A stretch of DNA of 64,000 nucleotides from an uncultured Acidobacteriota bacterium (GCA_963816795.1 CAWFLT010000006.1:32953-96952), one strand, 5' to 3'; shown: positions 1-14,045, counted from the stretch's first letter. Translations and numbers: made by a program. Notes: generated by a model not told the origin, from the sequence alone.

Positions 1-34
1 AGCGCCGCTCCTGACCGTCGCGGGCTTCGCGGTG

Positions 35-1219
35 CTACATGTTGCCAATCATCGCCGTCGCGAACTCCGACGTCCGGAGCTCGGTGGCGCCCTCGATCAT
101 GCGGGCGAGATCGTACGTCACGCGCTTGGCCGCGATGGTCTTTTCGAGCGACGCGATGATCAGGTCCGCCACTTCGGTCCAGCCCAGGAACCGGAACATC
201 ATCTCGCCGGAAAGGATCACCGACCCCGGATTGACCTTGTCCTGATTCGCGTACTTGGGCGCCGTGCCGTGCGTCGCTTCGAACACCGCGTGTCCGGTCG
301 CGTAATTGATGTTGCCGCCGGGGGCAATGCCGATGCCACCGACCTGCGCCGCCAACGCGTCGGAAATGTAGTCGCCGTTGAGGTTCGGCGTGGCGATCAC
401 GTCGTACTCGGCCGGCCGGGTCAGAATCTGCTGCAGGAAGGCGTCGGCGATCGCATCCTTAATCACTAATCCGCCGGGCAGCTTGCACCACGGGCCGCCG
501 TCGAACTCGACGGCGCCGAACTCGCGCTTGGCCAACTCGTAGCCCCAGTCGCGGAAGGCACCCTCGGTGAACTTCATGATGTTGCCCTTGTGCACGAGCG
601 TGAGGCTCTTTCGCCGGTTCTTCACGGCGTACTCGATCGCGGCGCGAATCAGGCGCTCGCTGCCTTCGCGGGAGATCGGTTTGATGCCAAGACCGCTCGA
701 CGCGGGGAACCGAATCTTCTTGTAGAGCTTGGGAAATGCTTTCTCGAACAATGCCTTGAACTCGGCATTCTCTGGCGTGCCATCTCTGAACTCGATACCC
801 GCGTAGATGTCTTCCGTGTTCTCACGAAAGATCACCATGTCAACGAGGTCTGGCCGTTTGACCGGCGTGTCGAGACCCTTGAAGTAGCGAACGGGCCGAA
901 GACAGACGTAGAGGTCGAGCTCCTGGCGCAAGGCCACGTTCAGTGAGCGAATGCCGCCACCCACCGGAGTCGTCAGCGGTCCCTTGATTCCGACGAAGTG
1001 CTCACGAAATGACGTGAGCGTTTCTTCCGGCAGCCAGTTCCCGGTTTTCGTGAACGCCTTTTCGCCGGCAAGCACTTCGATCCACTCGACCCGACGCCGG
1101 CCGCCGTAGGCCCGATCCACCGCAGCGTCGAACACTCGCACGCTCGCGCGCCAGATATCCGGTCCGGTGCCGTCGCCTTCGATGAACGGAATCTTCAACG
1201 TGTCGCTCGCGCTCGCCAT
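35..1219 (-). CDS. icd: Isocitrate dehydrogenase (E. coli-type, probably NADP-dependent)
   Basis: Motifs [64 protein letters not shown]. Confidence 0.97.
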   Translation of the reverse strand: MASASDTLKIPFIEGDGTGPDIWRASVRVFDAAVDRAYGGRRRVEWIEVLAGEKAFTKTGNWLPEETLTSFREHFVGIKGPLTTPVGGGIRSLNVALRQELDLYVCLRPVRYFKGLDTPVKRPDLVDMVIFRENTEDIYAGIEFRDGTPENAEFKALFEKAFPKLYKKIRFPASSGLGIKPISREGSERLIRAAIEYAVKNRRKSLTLVHKGNIMKFTEGAFRDWGYELAKREFGAVEFDGGPWCKLPGGLVIKDAIADAFLQQILTRPAEYDVIATPNLNGDYISDALAAQVGGIGIAPGGNINYATGHAVFEATHGTAPKYANQDKVNPGSVILSGEMMFRFLGWTEVADLIIASLEKTIAAKRVTYDLARMIEGATELRTSEFATAMIGNM

Positions 1220-1280
1220 GCCGCTCTCTTCTTCGTGGTTTTAGGTCACGTCCCTGATGGACGCGCGCCGCCGTCACGAG

Positions 1281-1316
1281 ATCTACACAGAAACTGTGGA
1301 AAACTTTGTGGAAAAC
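1281..1316. promoter_or_regulatory. Cluster of DnaA-box-like sites upstream of icd
   Basis: TGTGGAAAA at 1295-1303 and 1307-1315 (reverse complement TTTTCCACA fits TTWTNCACA); a degenerate opposed box ATCTACACA at 1281-1289. Confidence 0.45.
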
Positions 1317-1416
1317 GTGCCGCGTTCGCAGATTTTCCGAGTCTTTCCGAATCGCACAGCGGATTGCACCAACATGGTGCGCTCACCCGCGAGGGAAAGA
1401 ACGGCACATCATATCA

Positions 1417-1451
1417 GGTACGACAGGTACGAGCACGGTACGACGGTACGA
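1417..1451. repeat. Four GGTACGA short repeats
   Basis: GGTACGA at 1417, 1426, 1437 and 1445. Confidence 0.75.
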
Positions 1452-1458
1452 GGACCGG

Positions 1459-1968
1459 CTACTTGAGATCGAGTCGATGCGTGCGGTTCGCGATCGGATC
1501 GAAAAGGTCGGCGCTGGTCGCGGTGATGGTGCGGACAACGAAGCGGCCGATCGTGTCCCCTTCTTTGAGCAGCCGCACGTCTTCGCCCTCGGCGAAGATC
1601 GCCGTGCGCGTGACCGCGCCGTCCGAAGGATTGGCAGCGATCGCGACCAGCACGGGAAGCACGGGCTCGGGCGGCGCGAGTGGCGCGGTGATTTCTGGCT
1701 CGACTGGCGTCGAAGGACGCGGCGATTCGGGGCGATGGCCAAAGCGGAAGGGATCTCGAGCCGGCGGCGGATACTGCGGCGGCGCCGAGAGGCGCTCGCG
1801 CAGGCGATCGACTTGCGTGTTCACTTCGACGATGACCGGTGCGGATTGATCCAGGCTGGCGAACTGCGGCGCCGCTCGCTGGGATGTCACCGGCGCGGCC
1901 GGCGCGACTGCCCACGAGATGAGCAGCACCACACCCCCGACCAGAAGAACCGCCGCGGCACGATTCAT
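1459..1968 (-). CDS. Hypothetical membrane-anchored protein, PilP/GspC-like
   Basis: N-terminal hydrophobic helix, RDPFRFG motif, Pro-rich linker, C-terminal beta domain (VRLLKEGDTIGRFVVRTIT); start chosen at MNRAAAV. Confidence 0.6.
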   Translation of the reverse strand: MNRAAAVLLVGGVVLLISWAVAPAAPVTSQRAAPQFASLDQSAPVIVEVNTQVDRLRERLSAPPQYPPPARDPFRFGHRPESPRPSTPVEPEITAPLAPPEPVLPVLVAIAANPSDGAVTRTAIFAEGEDVRLLKEGDTIGRFVVRTITATSADLFDPIANRTHRLDLK

Positions 1969-2074
1969 GACGGGACCCTCGCTCATCCTAGCACCGATCG
2001 TCCGACGTCGAGCTGTCGCGCGCACCGGCGCTGAACGCGTCGGCGACGCAAAACGGATCGTGCTAATATTTGCC

Positions 2075-4539
<2,465 letters not shown>

Positions 4540-4544
4540 CACCG

Positions 4545-5399
4545 ATGCCCGCCTCCCTGCCGGTGCACGAAGTTCCCGTGCGTGACGGCGTGGTGCTGGG
4601 CCGTCCGGAGCTGGTCCTCATCGCGGGCCCGTGCGTGGTCGAGAGCGAGGACCATGCACTCGCGCTGGGCCGTGCCATCGCCGACATCGCCAGGCGCGTG
4701 GGCGTGCCGTACATCTTCAAAGCGTCGTTCGACAAAGCGAATCGGACCGCGATCAGGTCGTATCGCGGACCTGGAATCGAGGCCGGTCTGGCCGTCCTTG
4801 GTCGAGTGCGTGAGTCCGTCGGCGTTCCCGTGTTGACCGATATCCACGAGCCCTGGCAGGCGGCTGAGGCGGCTGAGGTCGCCGATGTGCTCCAGATCCC
4901 GGCGTTCCTGTCGCGTCAGACCGATCTGATCATGGCGGCCGCCGAGACGGGCCTCGTCGTGAATCTCAAGAAGGGCCAGTTCCTTGCGCCGCTCGACATG
5001 CGGCATGCCGTCGACAAGGTGAAGTCGTCAGGCAACCAGCGCGTGTTTGTCACCGAGCGCGGCTTTTCCTTCGGGTACAACAACCTGGTCGTGGACATGC
5101 GCGCCTTTCCGCAGATGCGCAGCCTGGGTTCCCCCGTCGTCTTCGACGTGACCCACAGCCTGCAATTGCCCGGGGCCGGCGAAGGGGTCACCGCGGGCCT
5201 CGCGGAATTCATCGAACCGCTGGCCCGTGCCGGCGTGGCGACGGGCATCGACGGTGTGTTTCTCGAAGTGCACGAGGAACCCGCCAAAGCCAGGAGCGAC
5301 GCGCAGAACGCGCTGGCCCTCGACCGACTGGCACCACTTCTGGAGCAGCTCATCGACATCAACCGGGTGGTGAAAGCCGCCGCACCGGTCTCGTCCTGA
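4545..5399 (+). CDS. kdsA: KDO 8-phosphate synthase
   Basis: IAGPCVVES, KASFDKANRT, QIPAFLSRQTDL, KKGQFLAP, DVTHSLQLPG; start MPASLP within the 3567..5399 ORF. Confidence 0.96.
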   Translation: MPASLPVHEVPVRDGVVLGRPELVLIAGPCVVESEDHALALGRAIADIARRVGVPYIFKASFDKANRTAIRSYRGPGIEAGLAVLGRVRESVGVPVLTDIHEPWQAAEAAEVADVLQIPAFLSRQTDLIMAAAETGLVVNLKKGQFLAPLDMRHAVDKVKSSGNQRVFVTERGFSFGYNNLVVDMRAFPQMRSLGSPVVFDVTHSLQLPGAGEGVTAGLAEFIEPLARAGVATGIDGVFLEVHEEPAKARSDAQNALALDRLAPLLEQLIDINRVVKAAAPVSS

Positions 5400-5405
5400 C
5401 CGATC

Positions 5406-6389
5406 ATGCCTAGCGGCTCCCCCGAATCAGACAATCTGATCGATCTGGCGCGGCGCGTACTCGAGACCGAGGCGCAGGCGATTCTCGGCCTCATCCCTCA
5501 GCTCGACGGCGCTTTCGAAGAGGCCGTCAACGTGCTGAACGCGACCACCGGCCGCGTGATCGTCAGTGGCATGGGCAAGTCGGGCATCATCGCGAGGAAG
5601 CTGGCGGCGACGCTGTCGAGCACGGGTACGGCGGCATTGTTTCTCCACCCGGCCGAGGCGCTGCACGGCGACCTCGGCATGGTTCAGAGCGGCGATGTCG
5701 TGGTTGCGCTTTCCCACAGCGGCGAAACGCCGGAACTGATTCGGCTCCTCGAAGCGATCAAACGCATCGGCGCGCGGCTGATCTCCATCACCGGACAGCC
5801 GGCATCGACGCTCGCACAGGCGGCGGACGTCGCGCTCGGATGTCACGTGGCGGAAGAAGCCTGCCCGATGAATCTCGCCCCAACCGCCAGCACGACAGCT
5901 GCCCTGGCGCTCGGCGACGCCCTGGCGTTGGCCCTCTCGCATCGCAAGGGCTTCCGCGAGGAGCACTTCGCGAGTCTGCACCCGGGGGGTCAACTCGGCA
6001 AGCGCCTGCTGCGGGTCGAGTCGCTGATGACCACTGGCGACAGTCTGCCGCAGGTGCTTCCGGAGACCCTCCTCCCACAAGTCATTCACGAGATGTCCGC
6101 CAAGCGCCTTGGCATGACGGTCGTGACCAACGCCGCCGGCAAGCTGGCCGGCATCATCACGGACGGCGACCTGCGCCGTCACTACCTGTCGGGAGGCAAT
6201 CTCCTGGAACGGCGGGCCGCCGACGTCATGACCAGCCGGCCGGTGACGATCGTCCGCAGCGTCCTTGCCGTCGAAGCGCTGAACCTGATGGAACAGCGCA
6301 AGATCACGTCCGTGGTCGTCGTCGATGCCAACCTGACCGTGGAAGGGGTCGTCCATCTCCACGACCTGTGGCGCACGGAGATGGTGTGA
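5406..6389 (+). CDS. kdsD: Arabinose-5-phosphate isomerase (KpsF/GutQ; SIS plus CBS domains)
   Basis: GMGKSGII, HPAEALHGDLG, EACPMNLAPTAST, HPGGQLG, two CBS domains. Confidence 0.95.
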   Translation: MPSGSPESDNLIDLARRVLETEAQAILGLIPQLDGAFEEAVNVLNATTGRVIVSGMGKSGIIARKLAATLSSTGTAALFLHPAEALHGDLGMVQSGDVVVALSHSGETPELIRLLEAIKRIGARLISITGQPASTLAQAADVALGCHVAEEACPMNLAPTASTTAALALGDALALALSHRKGFREEHFASLHPGGQLGKRLLRVESLMTTGDSLPQVLPETLLPQVIHEMSAKRLGMTVVTNAAGKLAGIITDGDLRRHYLSGGNLLERRAADVMTSRPVTIVRSVLAVEALNLMEQRKITSVVVVDANLTVEGVVHLHDLWRTEMV

Positions 6390-6390
6390 G

Positions 6391-6927
6391 ATGCCGTCAC
6401 CGCTGGATTTCGCTGAGAACCGGGCGCGCAAGGTCCAACTCCTGCTGCTGGATGTCGATGGCGTTTTGACCGACGGGTCGGTCATCATTGGGGACGACGG
6501 CCGGGAAGCCAAGGCGTTCTCGATCCGCGATGGGGCGGCGCTCGTCTGGGCCCAGCAGGAGGGGCTGCAGGTGGGCCTGCTGAGCGGGCGCCCGTCGCTC
6601 GCGACGGCACATCGCGCCGCTGAACTGGGGATTGAGCTCGTCATCCAGACCGGACCCGACAAACGTGCGGCGTACGCACAACTCCTGAAGGACAGATCGC
6701 TGACCGACTATCAGATTGCATATATGGGCGACGACCTGCTGGACCTGCCGATTCTCGGACGTGTCGGCCTGTCGGCCGCACCCGCCGACGCGAGCGAGGA
6801 AGTGCTCTCGCGCGTGCATTGGGTCAGCCGCTACGGCGGTGGCCGCGGGGCGGTGCGGGAGCTGGTCGAGCTCGTGCTGCGCGCGCGGCTCCTGTGGGAG
6901 CGGCACGTGAAGAAACACCTGAGATAA
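6391..6927 (+). CDS. kdsC: KDO 8-phosphate phosphatase (HAD)
   Basis: LDVDGVLTDG, YMGDDLLD, GGRGAVRE; kds operon context. Confidence 0.93.
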   Translation: MPSPLDFAENRARKVQLLLLDVDGVLTDGSVIIGDDGREAKAFSIRDGAALVWAQQEGLQVGLLSGRPSLATAHRAAELGIELVIQTGPDKRAAYAQLLKDRSLTDYQIAYMGDDLLDLPILGRVGLSAAPADASEEVLSRVHWVSRYGGGRGAVRELVELVLRARLLWERHVKKHLR

Positions 6928-6929
6928 CG

Positions 6930-8171
6930 GTGCAGGACTCCGCCTTCCTCATCGCCATCCTGGTCACGCTCCTCGTCGGTCTGGCGACCGGCAAAGCGTG
7001 GGAGCGCTACAAGCTCGTCGAAGGACGCTGGATCGATCGCCGCCGGGTCAGACAGTCTCCGCACTTCATCCTCGGTCTCAACTATCTGGTCGCCGGTCAG
7101 GTGGATTTGGCGATCGACGAGCTCGAAAAGGCGGCGCACCTCGACCCGGGCGCGCTCGAGCTCCGCCTGGTGCTCGGCAATCTCCATCGCGAAAAGGGCC
7201 AGGTCGGACGCGCCATTCACGAACACCAGGCGCTCTTGCAGCGGCCTCGGCTCAATCGCGTCGAGCACGCGAACGTGCTGCTCTGCCTTGGGCTCGACTA
7301 TCGCCGCGGCGGATTCGTCGACCGGGCGGTGGCGGCGTTCACCGACGTCCTGAAGCTGGACCCGCACAACGAGGCCGCGCTGGTGAACCTGGAAAAGCTC
7401 CAGGAGGATCAGCACCAGTGGCAGGAAGCCTACGTCACGCGGCAGCGGCTCGCCCAGATTGCCGGCCCGCCCGACCAGCCGAAGTCGCAGTCGATCCTCG
7501 CCTTTCTCGAGAACGAGCTGGGCCTGCAGGCGATCAAGGACAACCACCTCGACGACGCCGCCCGGCGCTTCGAGGCGGCGATCGATCTCGATCGCAGCGT
7601 CGTGCCGGCGTACCTGCACCTGGGCGACGTCAAACTCAAGCGGGGCGACATGCATGGCGCGATGGCGATCTGGGAGCGCTCGATCGACGTGTCGCCGGAC
7701 CGCGCCTACCTGGCGCTCGATCGGCTCGAACGCGCCTACGACAGCTCGGCGCCAGTCACCGGTTCCCGGATCTGTGCCGCAAGCTCACGGCGGCCGCGCC
7801 CCGCGAGTGGCGAGCCCGTGTCGCGCTGGCGCGGCACCTGACGGGTCTCGGCCAGCCCTCGCGGTCGCTGGAGCTGCTGTTCGATGCGCTCGAGCACAAT
7901 CCGCACGCGCTCGCGATCCATCAGGCCATCTGGAACACGCTCTCGCTGCTCGATTTGCCGAAGCTGCTCGTCGCACGCTACATCGAAATCACGCGCGCAG
8001 TCGGTCTTCTATCTCGATCCGCACGTGTGCATGCGCTGCCGCTATCGCAGCACCGAGCTGCTGTGGCAGTGCCCGCACTGCCACGAGTGGAACACGTTCG
8101 TCGAGGAACGCATCACCCCGGCGACCGACACCGAGGCGGAGATTCCGGCGAGCCTCGCGCAGACCTCGTGA
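6930..8171 (+). CDS. lapB: LPS assembly protein B-like TPR protein with C-terminal rubredoxin-like motif (frameshifted near 7750 and 8000)
   Basis: N-terminal TM, LGLNYL, LGNLHREKGQVGRAI, TPR repeats; C-terminal CMRC...WQCPHCHEWNT in the 7884..8171 frame. Confidence 0.85.
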
Positions 8172-8829
8172 ACCACCCGCCTTCGCCCGCGACGCGGGCT
8201 ACGGCGCGGCAGGCCGGGCCGCTCCGGGTCGCGCTCACCGGCGGCATCGCGACCGGGAAGTCGTACTGCCTCGATCGATTCCGCGCGCTTGGCGCTCCGG
8301 TGAGCGACGCCGACGTGCTCGCCCGCGACGCCGTGGCGCCCGGCAGTCGCGGCCTCGACGCCGTCGTTCTCTCGCTTCGGCCCGGCGGTGCGCCGTGCCG
8401 ACGGCTCGCTCGATCGCGAGGCGCTCGGCAGGATCGTGCTTCGCGACGCCGCGCGCCCGCCGCGATCTCGAGGCGATCGTCCATCCGATCGTGTACGCCG
8501 CGATCCGCGACTGGTTCGAGCGGCTCGCGCGCGCCACTCCCCCACCGCGGTCGCCATCGCGGATGTGCCGCTCCTCTATGAAACCGGCCGCGACGGCGAC
8601 TTCGATCGCGTCATCGTCGCCGTACTGCCGGCCGGAGCAGCAGCTCGCGCGCCTGATGGCCCGCAACCAGTTGAGCGACGCCGACGCGAGCGCGCGGATC
8701 GCCAGCCAGATGCCAATCGACGCGAAAGCCGCGCGCGCCGACTACGTCATCGATACGTCTCGTTCGTTCGTCGAGACGGATGCGCTGATTGACGATCTGT
8801 GGCAGAGATTGAATTCCGTCGCAGACTAA
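8168..8829 (+). CDS. coaE: Dephospho-CoA kinase (several frameshifts)
   Basis: VALTGGIATGKS, DGSLDREALGRIV, LEAIVHPIV, DVPLLYE, RIASQMPI...ADYVID spread over three frames. Confidence 0.9.
8177..8215. repeat. REP-like palindrome inside the coaE 5' end
   Basis: CCGCCTTCGCCCGC-GAC-GCGGGCTACGGCGCGGCAGGCC shares CCTTCGC...GCTACGG..GGCARGCC with the repeat beside tRNA-Ala. Confidence 0.6.
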
Positions 8830-8850
8830 CTGGTCTCAGATCAAGAGCTC

Positions 8851-8945
8851 ACACGGGGCTCACGGAGCAGGAGCACGGAGCACACGGGATCAGGGGTTAA
8901 CCCTCGAACTCCGTGAGCCCCGTGCCATCCCCGTGAGCCCCGTGT
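8851..8945. repeat. CACGG-unit inverted repeat between convergent coaE and folD
   Basis: ACACGGGGCTCACGG (8851-8865) is the exact reverse complement of CCGTGAGCCCCGTGT (8931-8945); several internal CACGG/CCGTG units. Confidence 0.8.
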
Positions 8946-8962
8946 TCGAGGCCTGGCTTTTT

Positions 8963-9888
8963 CTATCGAGTCTGCTGGCTTGCCGCGATGAGTGTGTTCT
9001 TCAGGAGCATCGCGATCGTCAGCGGGCCGACGCCGCCGGGGACGGGCGTCAGCGCGCCGGCGACATCGGCGACCGACGGATGAACGTCGCCGACGACGGC
9101 GCTGCCGAGGCGGTCGAAGCTGGCGAGGCGCGAACTGGGATCGCCAAACCACGACGCGATCTGGTGGCGGTCGTTCACGCGGCTCGTGCCGACGTCGATG
9201 ACGACGGCCCCCGGCTTGACGAAGTCTGGCGTCACGAACGCCGGCCGGCCAATCGCTGAGACCAGCACATCGGCCGCCGAGGCGACCGCCGGGAGGTCCC
9301 GCGTTTTCGAATGGCAGATGGTCACGGTCGCGTTCTGCTGCAGCAGCAGGAGCGCCATCGGCTTGCCGACGATTTCGCTGCGCCCGATCACGACCGCGTG
9401 CTGCCCGCCAACCGGACGCCTTCACGTGTCAGCAGTTCGATCACACCGCTCGGCGTACACGGCGCCAGCGTGGCGCGGCCCTGGACGAGACGACCGACGT
9501 TGATGGGATGGAAGCCGTCCACATCCTTGGCCGGATCGATGGCGTCGAAGACCTGCTGCGCCGCGTGCGGCCCCATGGAGGGAGGCAGCGGCGCCTGGAC
9601 GAGGATGCCGTCGCACTCCGTCGATCGATTGAGCGTGTCGATGAGGGTCAGGAGCGCGTCGCGCGAGGCCGCGGAGGGCAGGCGATGGACGGTGACGCTC
9701 AGGCCGGAGTCGCGGCCCGCGCGCTCCTTGGCGCCCACATAGATGTGGGACGCGGGATCGTCGCCGACGAGCACGATGTCGAGCGCGGGCGGACGACCCA
9801 CCCGCGCTCGAAAGTCAGCCACCGCCGGCAGCAACTCGGCGCGGATGGTGGCTGCGAGAGCCGCGCCATCCAGACGTCGAGCAGGCAT
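8963..9888 (-). CDS. folD: Methylene-THF dehydrogenase/cyclohydrolase (frameshift near 9400-9425)
   Basis: [54 protein letters not shown]. Confidence 0.95.
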
Positions 9889-9915
9889 GCCAGCGTGTCT
9901 TCCGCTCTGGGCCGC

Positions 9916-11400
9916 TCAGCCCTGCGCGCCCTCGAGCTTGCTGTGCTTCTTGCTGTAGCCGAAGTAGATCACCAGCCCGACGGCGAGCCAGGCGGCCAGC
10001 CGCATCCAGTTGGTCCAACCGAGACCGTAGATCATCGCGCCGCAGGTCACGATCCCGAGCGTCGCGATCACCGGAATCGCCGGAACGGTGAATCCGCGCG
10101 GCAGATCGGGCCGGCGTACCCGCATGATCCAGACGCCGGCGCAGACCAGGATGAACGCAAACAGCGTCCCGATGCTCGTCATCTCGCCGACGATGTCGCC
10201 AGGCACGAACGCGGCGAACGACGGCCGTGAACACGAAGAACAGCATGTTCGACTTGTGCGGCGTCTTGTAGACGGGATGAATATCGGAGAACGACCTTCG
10301 GCACCAGACCATCACGGCTCATCGCGTAGAACACGCGCGACTGGCCGAGCAGCATGACGAGGATGACTGACGAGAACCCGGCCAGAATCGCGACCGTCAC
10401 CGCGCGCGACAGCCATTCGTAACCGGCCATGTACTTCGAGATCGCGAAGGCGACCGACGCTTCGCGGCCGGTGCGACCGGAAGTCCTCGACCGTCGCGAC
10501 GCCGCTGAGCACGTAGGAGAACAGCACGTAGAGCACCGTGCAGACGACCAGCGAGCCGAGAATGCCGATCGGCATGTCGCGCTTCGGGTTCTTGGCTTCC
10601 TGCGCCGCCGTCGAGACCGCGTCGAAGCCGATGTAGGCGAAAAACACGACCCCGGCCGCGCCCAGGATCCCCATGATGCCGCCGTAATTGTGGGCGACGC
10701 CCTGCGGCGTCAGGTAGGTCGTGGCTTCGGGAATGAGCGGCGTGTGGTTCGCGGGGTTGATGTACCCCAGCCGATCGCGATCACCATCAGGACGATGGTC
10801 ACCTTGATGATGACGATCAGGCTGTTGACGAAGGCGGATTCGCGGGTGCCACGAATCAGCAGCGCCGAGAGCAGGCCAAGAATCACGACCGCCGGGATAG
10901 TTCATGATGCCGGTCACGTCGGAGCCGGCCATCGACTCGAAGGGCGAGTGTGACCATTCGTACGGGATGCGTAAGCCGACCCACTCCAGGACCCGGTTGA
11001 GGTACTCACTCCAGGCGATCGCCACGGTGGCTGCGCCGACGGCGTACTCGAGGACGAGATCCCAGCCGATGATCCAGGCGACGAATTCACCCATGCGTCG
11101 CGTAGGAGTAGGTGTAGGCGCTGCCCGAGATGGGGATCATCGACGCGAACTCCGCGTAGCACAGGCCGGCGAAGGCGCACCCGATCCCCGCCACGATGAA
11201 GGCGAGCGTGACCGACGGGCCGGCACGATCGGCAATGGCCGCGGCGGTACGGACGAACAGGCCGGCGCCGATGATGGCGCCGATGCCGAGCGCCACCAGG
11301 GACCAGGCCCCAGCGTGCGCTTCAGCGTACTCTCGCCGGTCCCGGCCGAATCGGCCATCAGGCGATCGATTGACTTGGTTCGGAACAGTGAGCCAGCCAC
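9916..11400 (-). CDS. APC-family amino acid permease (several frameshifts)
   Basis: LGIGAIIGAGLF, CYAEFASMIPISGSAYTYSY, WIIGWDLVLEY, FFAYIGFDAVSTAAQEAKNP, SIGTLFAF; GGGAGG ribosome-binding site before the GTG. Confidence 0.9.
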
Positions 11401-11460
11401 TATGCCTCCCTCACACTTCTCTCGCGATCTCGATCCGCAGGCCCGGCAAAAGCGTCGCGA

Positions 11461-12183
11461 TTATATCGTCAGTCCAGAGCTTTCAAGAAACGAGCGGCAC
11501 TGCGCCGCCGCATCGGCCCTCGTCAGATCGGAGATCACGGCGATGCTGTCCGCGCCCGCGGCGATGACTCCGGCGGCGGTCGCGAGCGTGATGCCTCCGA
11601 TCGCGACCACGCGGCAGCGCCCGGCCCCGGCGCCAGTCGCCGCCGCCTCGCGCACGCCCTCCAGCCCCACCACCGGATCGGGCCGGGACTTGCTCGCCGT
11701 GGGGAACACCGGTCCGATGGCCAGGTAGTCCACGGGCGTCACGAGAGCCTCCCGCATCTGCGCGAGATTGTGCGTCGACAGTCCGACCACGGCGGCCGGA
11801 CCGACGATCGCCCGCGCGGCAGGGGCCGGCAGGTCGTCCTGGCCGACGTGTACGCCGTCTACCTGTGCCACGACCGCCAGGTCGGGGCGGTCATTGAGAA
11901 CGAAGAGCGCGCCGGCTGCCGCGGCCACCGACGACAGACGAGACGCGAGATCGACCAACGCGCCATCGGCAAGCGCCTTGGCACGCAGCTGGACCAGCCG
12001 CACGCCGGCGCTCAACCATTCGTCCAGGAGCACCGCCGGACTCAGGCCGCGGGCCTCGGCGGCGTCGACATCGAGAATGGCGTACAGGCGGGGAAAGGGC
12101 CGGCCGCGCAGTGCGGAATGCGACAAACGCGCGGGATCAGGAGCGCCCGGCACTGGCGGGCGCCGATCAGGCGGATTCTGCAA
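11461..12183 (-). CDS. thiE: Thiamine-phosphate synthase
   Basis: [41 protein letters not shown]; start codon uncertain. Confidence 0.9.
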   Translation of the reverse strand: MQNPPDRRPPVPGAPDPARLSHSALRGRPFPRLYAILDVDAAEARGLSPAVLLDEWLSAGVRLVQLRAKALADGALVDLASRLSSVAAAAGALFVLNDRPDLAVVAQVDGVHVGQDDLPAPAARAIVGPAAVVGLSTHNLAQMREALVTPVDYLAIGPVFPTASKSRPDPVVGLEGVREAAATGAGAGRCRVVAIGGITLATAAGVIAAGADSIAVISDLTRADAAAQCRSFLESSGLTI

Positions 12184-13543
12184 GTGCTCCGTCAGCCGTT
12201 TTTTTTTCGACCATGTAGCGCTCCATGAAGCTCGTGCTGATCCGGCCCGCGATGAAATCGGGATCGGACAGGATCTTCAAATGGAGCGGGATCGACGTCT
12301 TGATGCCGTCGACGACCGTCATCTCGAGCGTCCGCCGCATCCGCGCGATCGCCTCGGTGCGATCGCGGCCGTAGGTGATGATTTTTGCGATCAGCGAATC
12401 GTAATACGGCGACACGGTGCAATCCGAGTGCACGAACGTGTCCACGCGGACGCCGGGGCCTCCTGGCACGCTGAACGCGTTGATCACCCCTGGGCTCGGC
12501 ACGAACGTCGTCGGATCCTCGGCGTTGATCCGGCACTCGATCGCATGGCCGCGGAACTCGATCTCGTTCTGTTTGAACGAGAGCCGGCGTCCGGCCGCGA
12601 TACGGATCTGTTCCTTGACGATGTCCACGCCGGTGATGAACTCGGTGACCGGATGTTCGACCTGCAGGCGGGTGTTCGCCTCGAGGAAAAAGAAATGACC
12701 GCCCGGGTCCATCAGGAACTCGAACGTGCCGGCGTTGGTGTACTGAACGGCGCGCGCTGCGTCGACGACCGTGTTGCCAAGCCGGCGTCGCTGCTTCTCG
12801 GTCAGCGCCACCGACGGCGCTTCTTCGATCAGCTTCTGGTGCCGGCGCTGGATCGAGCACTCGCGCTCACCGAGATGGACGACGTTGCCGTGATGATCGC
12901 CGAGGACCTGGATCTCGATATGGCGCGGCGACTCGACGTACTTCTCGATGTAGACGTCACCGACGCCGAACGCGGCCTCGGCTTCACGCATCGCCGTCTT
13001 GATCGACGCCTGGATCTCCTCCGGCGATCGCACGACACGCATCCCGCGGCCGCCGCCGCCGGCGACCGCCTTGATGATGACGGGATAGCCGAGCTCCTTC
13101 GCGACCTTGATCGCCTGTTCTTCTCCCTGTACCGGACCGTCGCTGCCGGGCAGCACCGGCACGCCAGCCTTCTTCATGGCCCGGCGGGCCCGTGCCTTGT
13201 CGCCCATCAGCCGGATGACGTTCGGATAGGGTCCGATGAACTTGATGTGGCAGGCCTCGCAGACTTCGGCCAGATACGCGCTCTCGGACAGAAACCCGTA
13301 GCCCGGATGGATCGCGTCGGCGCCGGTGATCTCCGCCGCGCTGATGATCGCCGGGACGCTCAAGTAGCTGTCGAGGCTTCGCGCCGGACCGATGCACACG
13401 TCTTCGTCGGCAAACCGGACGTGCAACGAGTGCTCGTCGGCTTCCGAATAGACGGCGACGGTCTTGATGCCGAGCTCCTTGCACGCGCAGATGACGCGCA
13501 GCGCAATTTCACCGCGGTTGGCGACCAGGATTTTGTTGAACAT
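12167..13543 (-). CDS. accC: Acetyl-CoA carboxylase, biotin carboxylase subunit
   Basis: [44 protein letters not shown]. Confidence 0.97.
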   Translation of the reverse strand: MFNKILVANRGEIALRVICACKELGIKTVAVYSEADEHSLHVRFADEDVCIGPARSLDSYLSVPAIISAAEITGADAIHPGYGFLSESAYLAEVCEACHIKFIGPYPNVIRLMGDKARARRAMKKAGVPVLPGSDGPVQGEEQAIKVAKELGYPVIIKAVAGGGGRGMRVVRSPEEIQASIKTAMREAEAAFGVGDVYIEKYVESPRHIEIQVLGDHHGNVVHLGERECSIQRRHQKLIEEAPSVALTEKQRRRLGNTVVDAARAVQYTNAGTFEFLMDPGGHFFFLEANTRLQVEHPVTEFITGVDIVKEQIRIAAGRRLSFKQNEIEFRGHAIECRINAEDPTTFVPSPGVINAFSVPGGPGVRVDTFVHSDCTVSPYYDSLIAKIITYGRDRTEAIARMRRTLEMTVVDGIKTSIPLHLKILSDPDFIAGRISTSFMERYMVEKKTADGALAESA

Positions 13544-13555
13544 TGTTTGGATGGT

Positions 13556-14041
13556 TTAGCCGCCGCTGATCTTCAACGCGAACAGGCGATCGCCAAACTG
13601 CACGGGCCGGCCGTTCTCGACGTAAATCGCCGTGATTTCGCCGTCCGCCTCGCTTTCGATGTCGTTCATCAGCTTCATGGCTTCGATGATGCAGAGCACC
13701 TGGCCCTTCTTCACCATCTGACCGATGTCCACGAAGTTGGCCGCACCCGGCTCGGGCGCACGATAGAACGTGCCGACGATGGGCGACTTGATGACCGCCA
13801 GGTCCACGGCGGCGGTTTCTACATCGGCCAGTGGCGCTGGTGTCGCGGCGACGTGTGCCGCCGCAACCGCAACCGGCGCCGGTGCGGGGCCAGCCGCCAA
13901 AGGCAACGCCGGGGGCACGAATGCGACCTCGCGGCCGGCCTTGCGGACCCTCACCTTGAGGCCGTCCTGTTCGAGCTCGAACTCGGCCAGATCGTGTTCG
14001 CGAACGAGGTCGAGGATTCTTCTGATGTCGTCGAGTTTCAT
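13556..14041 (-). CDS. accB: Biotin carboxyl carrier protein
   Basis: SPIVGTFYRAP and the biotinylation motif IEAMKLMN. Confidence 0.96.
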   Translation of the reverse strand: MKLDDIRRILDLVREHDLAEFELEQDGLKVRVRKAGREVAFVPPALPLAAGPAPAPVAVAAAHVAATPAPLADVETAAVDLAVIKSPIVGTFYRAPEPGAANFVDIGQMVKKGQVLCIIEAMKLMNDIESEADGEITAIYVENGRPVQFGDRLFALKISGG

Positions 14042-14045
14042 ACGG

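Noticed and set aside
6930-11400. Programmed frameshifting or mass pseudogenisation
   Set aside because: No consistent slippery sites, and normally essential genes are affected; sequencing error is simpler
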